A DNA stretch of 24,000 nt, from NCBI GenBank assembly GCA_018714845.1, contig DVMR01000065.1, positions 1 through 24,000 on the forward strand, in the 5' to 3' direction. Both the position numbers and the translations under genes were made by a program. Numbering within the stretch: position 1 is the first letter of the stretch; every line of letters starts with the position of its first letter. Below the pieces are notes generated by a model. It saw only the letters and a program-made list of their open reading frames with translations. It searched no databases and was not told where the DNA came from. This stretch comes from Candidatus Ventrousia excrementavium. GTDB lineage: Bacteria; Bacillota; Clostridia; Oscillospirales; Butyricicoccaceae. Positions 14,487-23,564 of this stretch are shown here, one piece after another.

Positions 14487-15832
14487 TCCTGGTCCCCCTT
14501 TGCGCCTGAGCGGCGGGCGCGCTTCCACGCTTCGATTTGTTCGTGCCGGGCTTTGAAGCGGGCTTCCTGGCCCTGTTCGGTGGGGATGTAATATTTTTTG
14601 CCCGCCAGTGAGTCGGGCAGGCACTGCATGTCGGTCAGCTTGTCCTCGGCGTCGTGGGCGTACTGATAGCCCTCGCCGTAATGCAGCTCGCGCATCAGCC
14701 GGGTCGGCGCATTGCGCAGCGTCAAAGGCACCGGATCGCTCAGCTGGGTCAAAGCGTCCTTTTTTGCGCGCTCATAGGCCACATACAGGGCATTGGAGCG
14801 GGGCGCGAGCGACAGGTAGACGACAGCCTGGGTCAGATGGACCGAACACTCAGGCATGCCGATGAAATGACACGCCTGGTACACGTCGACGCACAGGCCC
14901 AGCGCCCGGCTGTCGGCCAGACCAACGTCTTCGCTGGCAAAGCGAACCAGCCGGCGCGCGATATACAGCGGGTCCTCGCCCGACTCGAGCATCCGCGCCA
15001 GCCAGTAGACGGCGGCGTCGGGGTCGCTGTTGCGCATGGACTTGTGCAGGGCTGAGATGAGGTTATAATGCTCTTCGCCGTTTTTGTCGTACAGCAGAGA
15101 GCGGCGCGATGTGCACTGCTCGAGGTCCTCGGGTGTGACAGCGACGCTGCCGTCGGGCTGCCGGTCGCCGTTGAGGACGGCCATTTCGAGGGTGGACAGC
15201 GCGGCGCGCGCGTCGCCGCCTGCAAACCGCGCCACGGCGTGCAGCAGTTCATCGCCCATTTCAACGCGCTGGCCGCCAAAGCCGCGGGGATCGGTCAGCG
15301 CCCGGCGGAGCAGGGTGACGAGGTTATCTTCGGTCAGACCGTGCAGGACAAACACCTTGCAGCGCGACAAAAGAGCGGCGTTGACCTCGAAGGACGGATT
15401 TTCAGTCGTCGCGCCGATCAGCGTGATGCTGCCACGCTCGACAAAGGGAAGAAAAGCGTCCTGCTGCGCCTTGTTGAAACGGTGGATTTCGTCGACGAAC
15501 ACAATGGTTTTTTCGCCGAAGCGGCGGTTTTCTTCGGCACGGTTCATGACCTCGCGAATTTCCTTGATGCCGCTCGTCACGGCGCTGAAGTCGATAAAGG
15601 CCGCCTTTGTGCGTCCGGCGATAATGCGCGCCAGCGACGTTTTTCCCACACCCGGCGGACCCCAGAAAATCATGGAGCCAATCTGGTCCTGCTCAATCAG
15701 CTGGCGCAGAATTTTGCCGGGGCCGAGCAGGTGCTCCTGCCCCACAAACTCGTCCAGGGTGCGGGGGCGCAGCCGGCTGGCCAGCGGACGCAGCGCGTCA
15801 GCAGAGCTGTCAAAAAGAGTTTGCTGGTTCAT
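14483..15832 (-). CDS. rarA: Replication-associated recombination protein A (MgsA/RarA AAA+ ATPase)
   Basis: LASRLRPRTLDEFVGQEHLLGPGKILRQLIE...MIFWGPPGVGKTSLARIIA...VFVDEIHRFNKAQQDAFLPFVE...GATTENPSFEVNAALLSRC... is the full-length RarA pattern. GAGGTGA SD. Confidence 0.92.
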   Translation of the reverse strand: MNQQTLFDSSADALRPLASRLRPRTLDEFVGQEHLLGPGKILRQLIEQDQIGSMIFWGPPGVGKTSLARIIAGRTKAAFIDFSAVTSGIKEIREVMNRAEENRRFGEKTIVFVDEIHRFNKAQQDAFLPFVERGSITLIGATTENPSFEVNAALLSRCKVFVLHGLTEDNLVTLLRRALTDPRGFGGQRVEMGDELLHAVARFAGGDARAALSTLEMAVLNGDRQPDGSVAVTPEDLEQCTSRRSLLYDKNGEEHYNLISALHKSMRNSDPDAAVYWLARMLESGEDPLYIARRLVRFASEDVGLADSRALGLCVDVYQACHFIGMPECSVHLTQAVVYLSLAPRSNALYVAYERAKKDALTQLSDPVPLTLRNAPTRLMRELHYGEGYQYAHDAEDKLTDMQCLPDSLAGKKYYIPTEQGQEARFKARHEQIEAWKRARRSGAKGDQE

Positions 15833-15931
15833 AAAGGCTCACCTCGGCTTTCTGATGTTCAGCATAGCACGCAAAGGCGAAAAAAACAACCGCCCGCCTG
15901 CTGTGTGCCTGCCGGGACGGACAAAATAAAA

Positions 15932-15963
15932 ACAGCCGGACGGCACAAGGCCCGTCCGGCTGT
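15932..15963 (-). terminator. Rho-independent terminator after the small YtxH-like gene
   Basis: ACAGCCGGACGG-(8 nt)-CCGTCCGGCTGT, 12-bp stem, flanked by AAAATAAAA and TTTTTATTT, so it is symmetric. Starts 2 nt after the TAA at 15966..15968. Confidence 0.75.
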
Positions 15964-15965
15964 TT

Positions 15966-16151
15966 TTATTTGCCGAGCACCTGTCCCAGCTCGTCGGCGA
16001 CGTTGCTGATGGTGTTGACCGCCCGGTTGGCCTGCTTGCGAACGGCCCGGCGGGCGCGGCTGTCTGACATGCTGATGGCCGCCACGCTGAGTGCGGCACC
16101 GGCCAGCATGCCAAAAGTCATGGGTGTCAGAAATCCCTTTTCTTTTGCCAA
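15966..16151 (-). CDS. Small YtxH-like protein (61 aa, one N-terminal hydrophobic segment)
   Basis: TTG start 16151 behind AAAGGAGGAA. MAKEKGFLTPMTFGMLAGAALSVAAISMSDSRARRAVRKQANRAVNTISNVADELGQVLGK has a Gly/Ala-rich anchor plus an amphipathic tail, as in YtxH-type stress proteins. This is resemblance only. Confidence 0.5.
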   Translation of the reverse strand: MAKEKGFLTPMTFGMLAGAALSVAAISMSDSRARRAVRKQANRAVNTISNVADELGQVLGK

Positions 16152-16247
16152 AGCGTTTCCTCCTTTGCGCCTTTTGATTCAGGCTTATTATTTCCGCGGA
16201 CATGGGGCTTTATGCTGCATAAATCGTGAAAGATTGTCAAAACCTGC

Positions 16248-16277
16248 TTGACAGAGGCGTTTCATAGGCGATATAGT
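16248..16277 (+). promoter_or_regulatory. Candidate sigma-A promoter of the fumarase/mesaconase genes
   Basis: Consensus TTGACA (16248..16253), 18-nt spacer, TATAGT (16272..16277). Confidence 0.45.
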
Positions 16278-16310
16278 TTGCATAGAGACTGATTTTGAGG
16301 AGGCATGACG

Positions 16311-17150
16311 ATGAGAGAAATTTCGGCGCAGCAGATTGCCGACACGGTGCGGCGCCTGTGCATTGAAGCCAATCGCAGCCTGCCCGGCGACGTCCGCCGG
16401 CGCATTCAGGACTGCCGCGCGCAGGAGGACTGGGAGCCGGCGCAGGGAATTTTGGACAAAATCATTGAAAATTACCGCATTGCGGACGACGAGCAGGTGC
16501 CCATCTGCCAGGACACCGGCATGGCCTGTGTTTTTTTGGAAATCGGACAGGATGTTCATATTATGGGTGACCTGCACGCTGCCGTTGACGACGGTGTCCG
16601 CCGCGGCTATGACGAGGGATATCTGCGCAAGTCGGTCGTCCGCGACCCTCTGGACCGCGTCAACACCGGCGACAATACGCCGGCCATGCTGTATATTGAC
16701 CTTGTGCCGGGCGATCGCGTCACCGTCACCGTCGCGCCCAAGGGCTTTGGCAGCGAAAACATGAGCCGCATCAAAATGCTGCGGCCGTCTGACGGGATTG
16801 ACGGCGTCCGGCAGTTCGTGCTCGACACCGTCGAAGAGGCAGGCCCCAACCCCTGTCCGCCCATCGTCGTTGGCGTCGGTATCGGCGGCACCTTTGACAA
16901 AGCGGCCTTTCTGGCTAAAAAGGCGCTGATGCGTCCTCTCGACAAGCGCAATGAAAAGCCGTTTTATGCAGAGCTTGAGCAGGAGCTTTTGGAAAAAATC
17001 AACGCTCTCGGCGTCGGGCCGCAGGGCTTCGGCGGACGTACGACGGCACTTTGCGTCAACATCGAGACGCTGCCGACCCATATCGCCGGCCTGCCCGTGG
17101 CCGTCAACATCAACTGCCATGTGACACGCCATCAGACGGAGGTGCTGTAA
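16311..17150 (+). CDS. Class-I (Fe-S) fumarate hydratase / hydro-lyase alpha subunit; probable mesaconase in this context
   Basis: ...IIENYRIADDEQVPICQDTGMACVFLEIGQDVHI...GFGSENMSR...CPPIVVGVGIGGT is the Fe-S hydro-lyase tartrate/fumarate alpha type. ATG 16311 is 7 nt after GAGGAGG; ATG 16305 is too close to the SD. Confidence 0.88.
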   Translation: MREISAQQIADTVRRLCIEANRSLPGDVRRRIQDCRAQEDWEPAQGILDKIIENYRIADDEQVPICQDTGMACVFLEIGQDVHIMGDLHAAVDDGVRRGYDEGYLRKSVVRDPLDRVNTGDNTPAMLYIDLVPGDRVTVTVAPKGFGSENMSRIKMLRPSDGIDGVRQFVLDTVEEAGPNPCPPIVVGVGIGGTFDKAAFLAKKALMRPLDKRNEKPFYAELEQELLEKINALGVGPQGFGGRTTALCVNIETLPTHIAGLPVAVNINCHVTRHQTEVL

Positions 17151-17711
17151 ATGGAAAAGCGCATCGAGACCCCCATCACGCGCGAGGCGGCGCGTGCACT
17201 CAAAAGCGGCGACGCAGTGCTGCTTTCGGGCGTCATCTACACGGCGCGCGACGCGGCGCACAAGCGTTTGTGCGAGCTGGCCGAACAGGGAAAGCCGCTG
17301 CCTATTGACATTGAAAACGCGACCATTTATTTTGTCGGGCCCACGCCGGCAAAGCCGGGACAGGCCATCGGCTCGGCCGGCCCGACGACCAGTTACCGCA
17401 TGGACGCCTATTCGCCGACCTTGATTGCCCTGGGCCAGACCGGCATGATTGGCAAGGGAAAGCGCGGGCCCGAGGTTGTCGAGGCCATGAAAAAGTACGG
17501 CGCCGTCTACTTCGGCGCCATCGGCGGCGCGGGCGCGCTTTTGTCCCGCTGCATTGTAAAAAGCGAGGTCGTGGCTTATGAAGACCTGGGGGCTGAGGCC
17601 ATCCGGCGCCTGACTGTGCGCGACCTGCCTGTAACGGTCATCATCGACAGCGAGGGCAATAATCTGTATGAAACCGGACGGCAGCAGTACCTGGCAGAGC
17701 ATAAAAAATAG
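17151..17711 (+). CDS. Class-I (Fe-S) fumarate hydratase / hydro-lyase beta subunit
   Basis: LKSGDAVLLSGVIYTARDAAHKRL...IYFVGPTPAKPGQAIGSAGPTTSYRMD...GMIGKGKR is the beta-subunit pattern. Its ATG directly abuts the alpha-subunit TAA (17148..17150). Confidence 0.88.
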   Translation: MEKRIETPITREAARALKSGDAVLLSGVIYTARDAAHKRLCELAEQGKPLPIDIENATIYFVGPTPAKPGQAIGSAGPTTSYRMDAYSPTLIALGQTGMIGKGKRGPEVVEAMKKYGAVYFGAIGGAGALLSRCIVKSEVVAYEDLGAEAIRRLTVRDLPVTVIIDSEGNNLYETGRQQYLAEHKK

Positions 17712-17714
17712 GGA

Positions 17715-17743
17715 TTGACAAATAATGATTCCATTGTCATAAT
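17715..17743 (+). promoter_or_regulatory. Candidate sigma-A promoter of the GntR gene
   Basis: Consensus TTGACA (17715..17720), 17-nt spacer, CATAAT (17738..17743). Confidence 0.45.
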
Positions 17744-17793
17744 TGTACCAGTACATTTACGCCAGGCAGAACACGGCGGAGAGGTGAAGGTCA

Positions 17794-18768
17794 ATGGAGA
17801 TCAGAATTAAGTCAGGGACTGACGTCCCTATTTATCAGCAGATTGTCGACGCCGTGCAGGAGCAAATCAGTTCAGGCGTGCTGGCCGAGGGACAGAAGCT
17901 GCCTACGGTGCGGCAGCTGGCCGAAGAGATGGGGCTGGCCAAAGGGACAATCAAACGCGCCTATGACGAGCTGGAACGCTGCGGCGCCATTCGTATGACC
18001 CAGGGCAAGGGGACCTTTGTGCTGGAGCTGCGCCGCCGCACGGACAGCCACAAGGAGCAGGCCATGCAGGCCATTGACCGCATGCTGGACGAGCTCGAGG
18101 CGCTGGATTTTTCGCCCCGCGAAATCGAGATTTTCTTTGACCTCAAGCTTCGGGCGCGCATGGATCGCGGCGCCGGGCTGCGTGTTGCCGTCACAGACTG
18201 CAATGTCGAGGCGCTGGCGCTGATTGCAGACCAGATTGCCGCCATCGGGGGCATTGAGCTCTTCCGGTTTACGCTGGATGAGGTTATGAGCGCGCCGTAC
18301 AAGCTGAGCGACAGCATGGAGCTGATCTTTACAACCGAGCGCCACGTCGAACAGCTTGAGCGCATTGTGTCGCAGCCGCAGAAAATCGTCAAGCTGGCGC
18401 TTGCCCCGACGCAGGCGACCGTCGTTTCGCTGGCGAGGATGCGCGACGCGCGGCGGATCGGGATTATCAGCGCCAGCGAGCAGTATGGCGACGCCATGCG
18501 CGAAGGGGCGTCCGAGGTCATCGGCACGGATCACCGGTTTGAGTCGCGCTTTTTCGGCGACGGCGATCCCGGCGGCTTTGTCAGCCGCCAGGACGCCGTG
18601 CTGGTGCCTGCCGGCTATATGAAATACTGTTCGGCCGAAGAGGCCGAATGGCTGCACCGCTTCAGCCGCAGCAAACCGCTGCTGGCCTATGAGCTGCAAA
18701 TCGATGCAGGGTCTTTTATGTACCTGCGCGACCGCATCGAACAGCTGCAGCGCCGGCGCAGGAAATAG
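17794..18768 (+). CDS. GntR-family transcriptional regulator with a large unclassified C-terminal domain
   Basis: PIYQQIVDAVQEQISSGVLAEGQKLPTVRQLAEEMGLAKGTIKRAYDELERCGAIRMTQGKGTFV is a GntR wHTH. The remaining roughly 250 aa I cannot assign to the FCD, UTRA or MocR effector types by eye. GAGAGGTGAAGG SD. Confidence 0.8.
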   Translation: MEIRIKSGTDVPIYQQIVDAVQEQISSGVLAEGQKLPTVRQLAEEMGLAKGTIKRAYDELERCGAIRMTQGKGTFVLELRRRTDSHKEQAMQAIDRMLDELEALDFSPREIEIFFDLKLRARMDRGAGLRVAVTDCNVEALALIADQIAAIGGIELFRFTLDEVMSAPYKLSDSMELIFTTERHVEQLERIVSQPQKIVKLALAPTQATVVSLARMRDARRIGIISASEQYGDAMREGASEVIGTDHRFESRFFGDGDPGGFVSRQDAVLVPAGYMKYCSAEEAEWLHRFSRSKPLLAYELQIDAGSFMYLRDRIEQLQRRRRK

Positions 18769-18776
18769 AGGGAAAA

Positions 18777-18799
18777 GTCCGGGGTTCCCGGGCTTTTTT
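18777..18799 (+). terminator. Rho-independent terminator after the GntR gene
   Basis: GTCCGGG-GTT-CCCGGGC, 7-bp stem including one G-U pair, followed by TTTTTT. Confidence 0.75.
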
Positions 18800-18820
18800 C
18801 ACATTTTGAGTAAAATTGCC

Positions 18821-18849
18821 TTGACATATGACATAGCACAATATATGAT
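18821..18849 (+). promoter_or_regulatory. Candidate sigma-A promoter of the glmS-glmL-glmE-mal operon
   Basis: Consensus TTGACA (18821..18826), exact 17-nt spacer, TATGAT (18844..18849). Leaves a leader of about 70 nt before ATG 18924. Confidence 0.55.
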
Positions 18850-18923
18850 ATAGGCATAGTTCAAGCAATGACAAAGTACACGAATAAGGGCTTTGATCAA
18901 GCCCGTAAGAATGGAGTGCGCTT

Positions 18924-19343
18924 ATGAGCAAAAAAAAGAAACTGGTCATCGGCGTTATCGGCGCCGATGTCCATGCCGTTGGCATTCAGATTCTTTACCA
19001 TGCCTTTCAGGACGCGGGGTTCGACGTGACCAACCTGGGAGTCATGGTTTCACAGGAGGAGTATATTGACGCGGCTATTGAGACCAACGCCGACGCCATT
19101 GTTGTTTCGTCGCTGTACGGGCAGGGCGAGCTTGACTGCCGCGGTATGCGCGAAAAGTGCGACGAGGCCGGTCTGAAGGGCATTTTGCTGTACGTCGGCG
19201 GGAACATCGTCATTGGAAAGCAGAACTTTGCCGATGTGGAAAAGCGTTTCAAGGCCATGGGCTTTGACCGCGCCTTCCCGCCCGGGACACCGCCTGAGAC
19301 GACGATCAAGGCTTTGAAAGAGGATCTCAAGGTCGAGGACTGA
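18924..19343 (+). CDS. glmS: Glutamate mutase (methylaspartate mutase) small subunit S, B12-binding
   Basis: [20 protein letters not shown] (DxHxxG), [16 protein letters not shown]. 139 aa. Close to Clostridium MutS/GlmS as I recall them. Confidence 0.92.
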   Translation: MSKKKKLVIGVIGADVHAVGIQILYHAFQDAGFDVTNLGVMVSQEEYIDAAIETNADAIVVSSLYGQGELDCRGMREKCDEAGLKGILLYVGGNIVIGKQNFADVEKRFKAMGFDRAFPPGTPPETTIKALKEDLKVED

Positions 19344-19359
19344 AAAGGGGTGACGGAAG

Positions 19360-20760
19360 GTGAAGCCCATCCTGCTCATTGACTTTGGCAGCACCTACAC
19401 CAAAGTGACGGCCGTGGACGGCGACGCCGGCGAACTGCTCGGGACGGCGGCCGCTTACACCACGGTGCAGACCGACATTAATGACGGCCTGGACAGCGCG
19501 CTGAAGCGGCTTTTTGAAAAAACCGGGCCGTTGGAGTTCGCCGAGCGTTACGCCTGTTCGTCGGCAGCCGGCGGGCTGCGCATGATGGCGTGCGGGCTGG
19601 TGCCCGAGCTGACGGCGTCGGCCGCGCGGCAGGCCAGCCTGGGCGCGGGAGCCAAAGTCGTCAAGGTGTATTCATACCAGCTCAACGAAGACGACGCCGA
19701 AGAAATCGCCGCCCAGAAGCCGGATATTTTCCTGCTGGCGGGCGGGACTGACGGCGGCAACAGCGAGGTCATTCTGCACAACGCCAAAGTGCTGGCCGGC
19801 GTAGAGGCCGATTTTCCGGTCATTATCGCGGGCAACCGCTCGGCGGCCCGGCAGTGCCAGCGGATCCTGGAAGGCCGCCAGACCTTTGTGTGCGAAAACG
19901 TCATGCCCCGGTTCGGCGTGCTCAATATCGAACCCACACAGAAAAAGATCCGCGACGTGTTCCTGGAGCGCATTATCAAGGCCAAGGGCCTGTCGCGCGC
20001 CAGCGAACTGATTTCGGGCATTATGATGCCCACCCCGTCCGCCATGATGACGGCCATGCAGCTGCTGGCCGAGGGCTGCGAAGGGGAAAAGGGCATCGGC
20101 GACCTGGTTGCCGTCGACGTCGGCGGCGCGACGACCGACGTCTATTCCATTGCCGACGGTATGCCGCGCGGAATGGAGACCGTATACAAGGGCCTGCCTG
20201 AACCGTATGTCAAGCGCACGGTCGAAGGGGACATCGGGATGCGTTACAGCATCCACGGCATTGTCGAAGCGGCCGGGATGGATCGCGTGTGCGAGCTGTC
20301 AGGGCTGGAAGAGGGCCGGGCGGCAGAACTCATCGACCACCTGGCGGCCTATACCGAGACGCTGCCCGACACCGACGAGCTGGAGCGCCTTGACTTTGCG
20401 CTGGCGTCGCTCGCTGTCGAGACGGCGGTCACCCGTCATGCGGGCACCATGGAACAGGCGTACACCATGATGGGCCTGACTTATGTGCAGACGGGAAAGG
20501 ATTTGCGCGATGTGCGGCAGATCGTCGTGACGGGCGGATCGCTGATTCACACGCGCAGGACGGAAGAGATTGCGGCGCACGCGCTGCAGGATCCGCGCAA
20601 GCCCATGAACCTTTTGCCGCAAAAGGCAAAGATCCGCATCGACCGGCGTTATATTCTGGCGGCGATGGGGCTTTTGTCCCGGACCGAGCCGCAGATGGCG
20701 CTCAGAATCATGAAAAAGGAGCTTACATGCGATGGAAGTACAGAACAAACGCATCCCTGA
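19360..20760 (+). CDS. glmL: Glutamate mutase accessory protein GlmL/MutL (reactivase/chaperone-like, ASKHA fold)
   Basis: GTG start. [20 protein letters not shown]..., [24 protein letters not shown]. Occupies the canonical position between the S and E subunit genes. Confidence 0.88.
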   Translation: MKPILLIDFGSTYTKVTAVDGDAGELLGTAAAYTTVQTDINDGLDSALKRLFEKTGPLEFAERYACSSAAGGLRMMACGLVPELTASAARQASLGAGAKVVKVYSYQLNEDDAEEIAAQKPDIFLLAGGTDGGNSEVILHNAKVLAGVEADFPVIIAGNRSAARQCQRILEGRQTFVCENVMPRFGVLNIEPTQKKIRDVFLERIIKAKGLSRASELISGIMMPTPSAMMTAMQLLAEGCEGEKGIGDLVAVDVGGATTDVYSIADGMPRGMETVYKGLPEPYVKRTVEGDIGMRYSIHGIVEAAGMDRVCELSGLEEGRAAELIDHLAAYTETLPDTDELERLDFALASLAVETAVTRHAGTMEQAYTMMGLTYVQTGKDLRDVRQIVVTGGSLIHTRRTEEIAAHALQDPRKPMNLLPQKAKIRIDRRYILAAMGLLSRTEPQMALRIMKKELTCDGSTEQTHP

Positions 20761-22180
20761 CGACGAGTTTTACAAGCTGAGAGAAGAGGTCCTGGGCCAG
20801 TGGCCGACCGGCAAGGACGTCAATTTGCAGGAAGCCTTTGACTACCATAAGAAAATGCCCGAGAGCAAGGACTTTTCGCGCAAGCTCAAAACGGCCAAGG
20901 AAAAGGGCCAGACCCTGATTCAGCCGCGCGCCGGCGTCGCCCTGATCAAAGAGCACATCGAGCTTTTGACTTATTTGCAGGACAAGGGCGAGGCGGATCT
21001 GCTGCCGACGACCATCGACAGCTACACCCGCCAGAACCGTTATGAAGAAGCCGAGAACGGCATTTTGGAATCTATCAAATCGCAGCGCTCGATGCTCAAC
21101 GGCTTTCCGGCCGTCAATCACGGCGTTTCGGGCTGCCGCCAGGTCATCGAAAGCCTCGACATCCCGGTGCAGGTGCGCCACGGCACCCCGGACGCCCGCC
21201 TGCTGACCGAAATCGCCTATGCCGGCGGCTTTACCAGCTATGAGGGCGGCGGCATTTCGTACAACCTGCCCTATGCCAAAAACGTGCCCATGGAGCGCAC
21301 CATCCGCGACTGGCAGTATGTCGACCGCCTGACCGGCGTCTATGAAGAGGCCGGATGCGCCATCAACCGCGAGCCCTACGGCCCGCTGACCGGCACGCTG
21401 GTCCCGCCGTGCATTTCGCACGCCGTCGCCATTATCGAGGCGCTTCTGGCCGCAGAGCAGGGCGTTAAGAATATCACGGTCGGCTACGGCCAGTGCGGCA
21501 ACCTGGTGCAGGACGTCGCCGCCATCCGCAGCCTGGAAGAGCTGACCGAAGAGTACCTGGCCCGCTACGGTTATGACGACGTCACCGTTACCACGGTGCT
21601 GCACCAGTGGATGGGCGGGTTCCCGCAGGACGAGGCCAAGGCCTTTGGCGTCATTTCGTGGGGGTCGGCGGCCGCCGCTTTGAGCCACGCCACCAAAGTC
21701 ATCGTCAAGAGCCCGCACGAAGCGGTCGGCATCCCGACCATGGAGGCCAACGCGCAGGGCCTGCGCTGCACCAAGCAGGTCATTTCCATGCTGGGCGACC
21801 AGACCCTGACCGCCGCCGGGCTGGAACAGGAAAAGAAGATCATTGCCGCCGAGACCCGCTGCATCGTCGACAAGTGCTTTGAGCTGGGCGAGGGCGACAT
21901 TGCCGTCGGCACCATCCGCGCCGTGCAGGCCGGCGTCGTCGACATCCCGTTCGCCCCCAGCCGTTTCAACGCGGGCAAGATGCTGCCCGCCCGCGACGAC
22001 GAGGGCGCGATCCGCATCCTTAACGTCGGCAACCTGCCGTTTACGCAGGATCTCATCGACTTCAACCGCGAACAGATTGAAAAGCGCGCCGCGCACGAAA
22101 AGCGCAAGGCGTCGTTCCAGATGGTCATCGACGACGTCTACGCCATTTCCAAGGGCCGCCTGGTCGGCCGCCCGTACTAA
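20732..22180 (+). CDS. glmE: Glutamate mutase (methylaspartate mutase) large subunit E
   Basis: [48 protein letters not shown]...[46 protein letters not shown] is collinear with Clostridium GlmE. AAAGGAG SD. Overlaps the glmL 3' end by 29 nt. Confidence 0.92.
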   Translation: MEVQNKRIPDDEFYKLREEVLGQWPTGKDVNLQEAFDYHKKMPESKDFSRKLKTAKEKGQTLIQPRAGVALIKEHIELLTYLQDKGEADLLPTTIDSYTRQNRYEEAENGILESIKSQRSMLNGFPAVNHGVSGCRQVIESLDIPVQVRHGTPDARLLTEIAYAGGFTSYEGGGISYNLPYAKNVPMERTIRDWQYVDRLTGVYEEAGCAINREPYGPLTGTLVPPCISHAVAIIEALLAAEQGVKNITVGYGQCGNLVQDVAAIRSLEELTEEYLARYGYDDVTVTTVLHQWMGGFPQDEAKAFGVISWGSAAAALSHATKVIVKSPHEAVGIPTMEANAQGLRCTKQVISMLGDQTLTAAGLEQEKKIIAAETRCIVDKCFELGEGDIAVGTIRAVQAGVVDIPFAPSRFNAGKMLPARDDEGAIRILNVGNLPFTQDLIDFNREQIEKRAAHEKRKASFQMVIDDVYAISKGRLVGRPY

Positions 22181-22221
22181 CCCGTACTAAAAAGATTCCA
22201 TTACAGAGAGGAAGAGCAAAA

Positions 22222-23466
22222 ATGAAAATTGTCAACCTCGTTTGTTCCAAGGGGCGCACCGGTTTTTACTTTGACGACCAGCGCGCCATCAAGGCCGGCG
22301 CCAAGGCCGACGGATCGGCCTATATCGGCCAGCCGGTAACCCCCGGCTTTACCGCTGTCCGCCAGGCCGGCGAGTCCATTTCGGTTATGCTGGTGCTGGA
22401 AAACGGCCAGGTCGCCTACGGCGACTGTGCGGCCGTGCAGTACAGCGGCGCGGGCGGCCGCGACCCGCTGTTTCTGGCTGAGGACTTTATCCCCGTTATC
22501 GAAAAGCATATCAAGCCCGCCCTGGTCGGCAAAGAGGCCGACAGCTTTAAAAAGCTTTCGGAAATGGTCGAGAGCATCACGGTCGACGGCAAGCGCCTGC
22601 ACACCGCCATCCGTTACGGCGTGACGCAGGCCATTCTGGATGCTGTGGCCCGCGCCACCTGCCGCCAGATGTGCGAGGTCGTGGCCGACGAGTACGGCTG
22701 CACGGTGTCCGACCACATGATCCCCGTGTTCACCCAGTCGGGCGACAGCCGTTACGACAATGCCGACAAGATGATTATGAAGGGCGCCGCCGTGCTGCCC
22801 CATGCCCTCATTAACAACGTCGACACCAAGCTGGGCCGCAAGGGCGAAAAGCTGGCCGAGTACGTTGGCTGGCTGCGCGACCGCATTTTGAAGCTGCGCC
22901 AGAGCGAGGACTACAGTCCCGTTATGCACATCGACGTCTACGGCACTATCGGCGCGGCTTTTGGCAACGACAACTACACGGGCATGGCCGATTACCTGCA
23001 GCAGCTTGAAGAGATCGCCAAGCCCTTCCACCTGCGCATCGAGGGTCCCATGGACGTCGAGGAGCGCGAGGGACAGATGCTGGCGCTCAAGGCCCTGACC
23101 GCCGAGCTCGACCGCCGCGGCAGCACCGTCGAAATTGTGGCGGACGAGTGGTGCAACACCCTTGAGGACATCAAGTATTTTGCTGACAACAAGGCCGGCC
23201 ATATGGTGCAGATTAAGACCCCGGACCTGGGCGGCATCAACAACACTGTTGAAGCGGTGCTCTACTGCAAGGAAAAGGGCATTGGCGCCTATCAGGGCGG
23301 CACCTGCAACGAGACCGACCGTTCGGCGCAGATCTGTGTGCAGTGTGCTATGGCGACCCAGCCCGACCAGATTCTCGCAAAGCCCGGCATGGGCGTTGAC
23401 GAGGGCTTTATGATTGTCTACAATGAAATGCAGCGCATCCTGGCGCTGCGCGCCGCCGGGAAATAA
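22222..23466 (+). CDS. mal: 3-methylaspartate ammonia-lyase
   Basis: MKIVNLVCSKGRTGFYFDDQRAIKAGAKADG... is an enolase-superfamily protein, 414 aa, collinear with Clostridium methylaspartase. GAGAGGAAGAG SD. Confidence 0.92.
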   Translation: MKIVNLVCSKGRTGFYFDDQRAIKAGAKADGSAYIGQPVTPGFTAVRQAGESISVMLVLENGQVAYGDCAAVQYSGAGGRDPLFLAEDFIPVIEKHIKPALVGKEADSFKKLSEMVESITVDGKRLHTAIRYGVTQAILDAVARATCRQMCEVVADEYGCTVSDHMIPVFTQSGDSRYDNADKMIMKGAAVLPHALINNVDTKLGRKGEKLAEYVGWLRDRILKLRQSEDYSPVMHIDVYGTIGAAFGNDNYTGMADYLQQLEEIAKPFHLRIEGPMDVEEREGQMLALKALTAELDRRGSTVEIVADEWCNTLEDIKYFADNKAGHMVQIKTPDLGGINNTVEAVLYCKEKGIGAYQGGTCNETDRSAQICVQCAMATQPDQILAKPGMGVDEGFMIVYNEMQRILALRAAGK

Positions 23467-23475
23467 ACGGATAAA

Positions 23476-23513
23476 AAGGGGGACCGCGTCCGAACTGGGA
23501 GCGCGTCCCCCTT
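23476..23513 (+). terminator. Possible terminator hairpin after mal
   Basis: AAGGGGGAC(C)GCG ... CGCGTCCCCCTT, about a 12-bp stem with one bulge. Only TT follows, so termination efficiency is uncertain. Confidence 0.4.
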
Positions 23514-23530
23514 GGCTGCACATGCGCATG

Positions 23531-23559
23531 AAAAAGAAAACCGCCCGCAGTGCGGGCGG
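23531..23559 (-). terminator. Rho-independent terminator of the right-edge minus-strand gene
   Basis: Minus strand: CCGCCCGC-ACT-GCGGGCGG followed by TTTTCTTTTT. Starts 6 nt after the TGA at 23565..23567. Confidence 0.75.
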
Positions 23560-23564
23560 CAGCA

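Noticed and set aside
14487-14624. N-terminal extension of the P-loop ORF (track start 14624)
   Set aside because: It lies inside the rarA coding region in another frame. ATG 14486 has a strong SD, forms an ATGA overlap with the rarA stop, and places the Walker A motif at the usual N-terminal position.
15068-16009. 313-aa and 281-aa plus-strand ORFs opposite rarA
   Set aside because: They are antisense to an unmistakable RarA AAA+ sequence and give low-complexity translations.
16188-17756. 522-aa minus-strand ORF covering both fumarase subunit genes
   Set aside because: A shadow ORF. The plus strand encodes two well-conserved hydro-lyase subunits with proper SDs and a TAA-ATG junction.
17872-18699. 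275-aa and 188-aa minus-strand ORFs inside the GntR gene
   Set aside because: They are antisense to a gene with a clear GntR wHTH and have no SD or motifs.
18850-18923. Possible cobalamin riboswitch in front of the B12-dependent glutamate mutase operon
   Set aside because: The leader is only about 70 nt, far too short for a cobalamin riboswitch, and I could find no B12-box-like element. The only structure is a small hairpin, GGGCTT-TGATC-AAGCCC.
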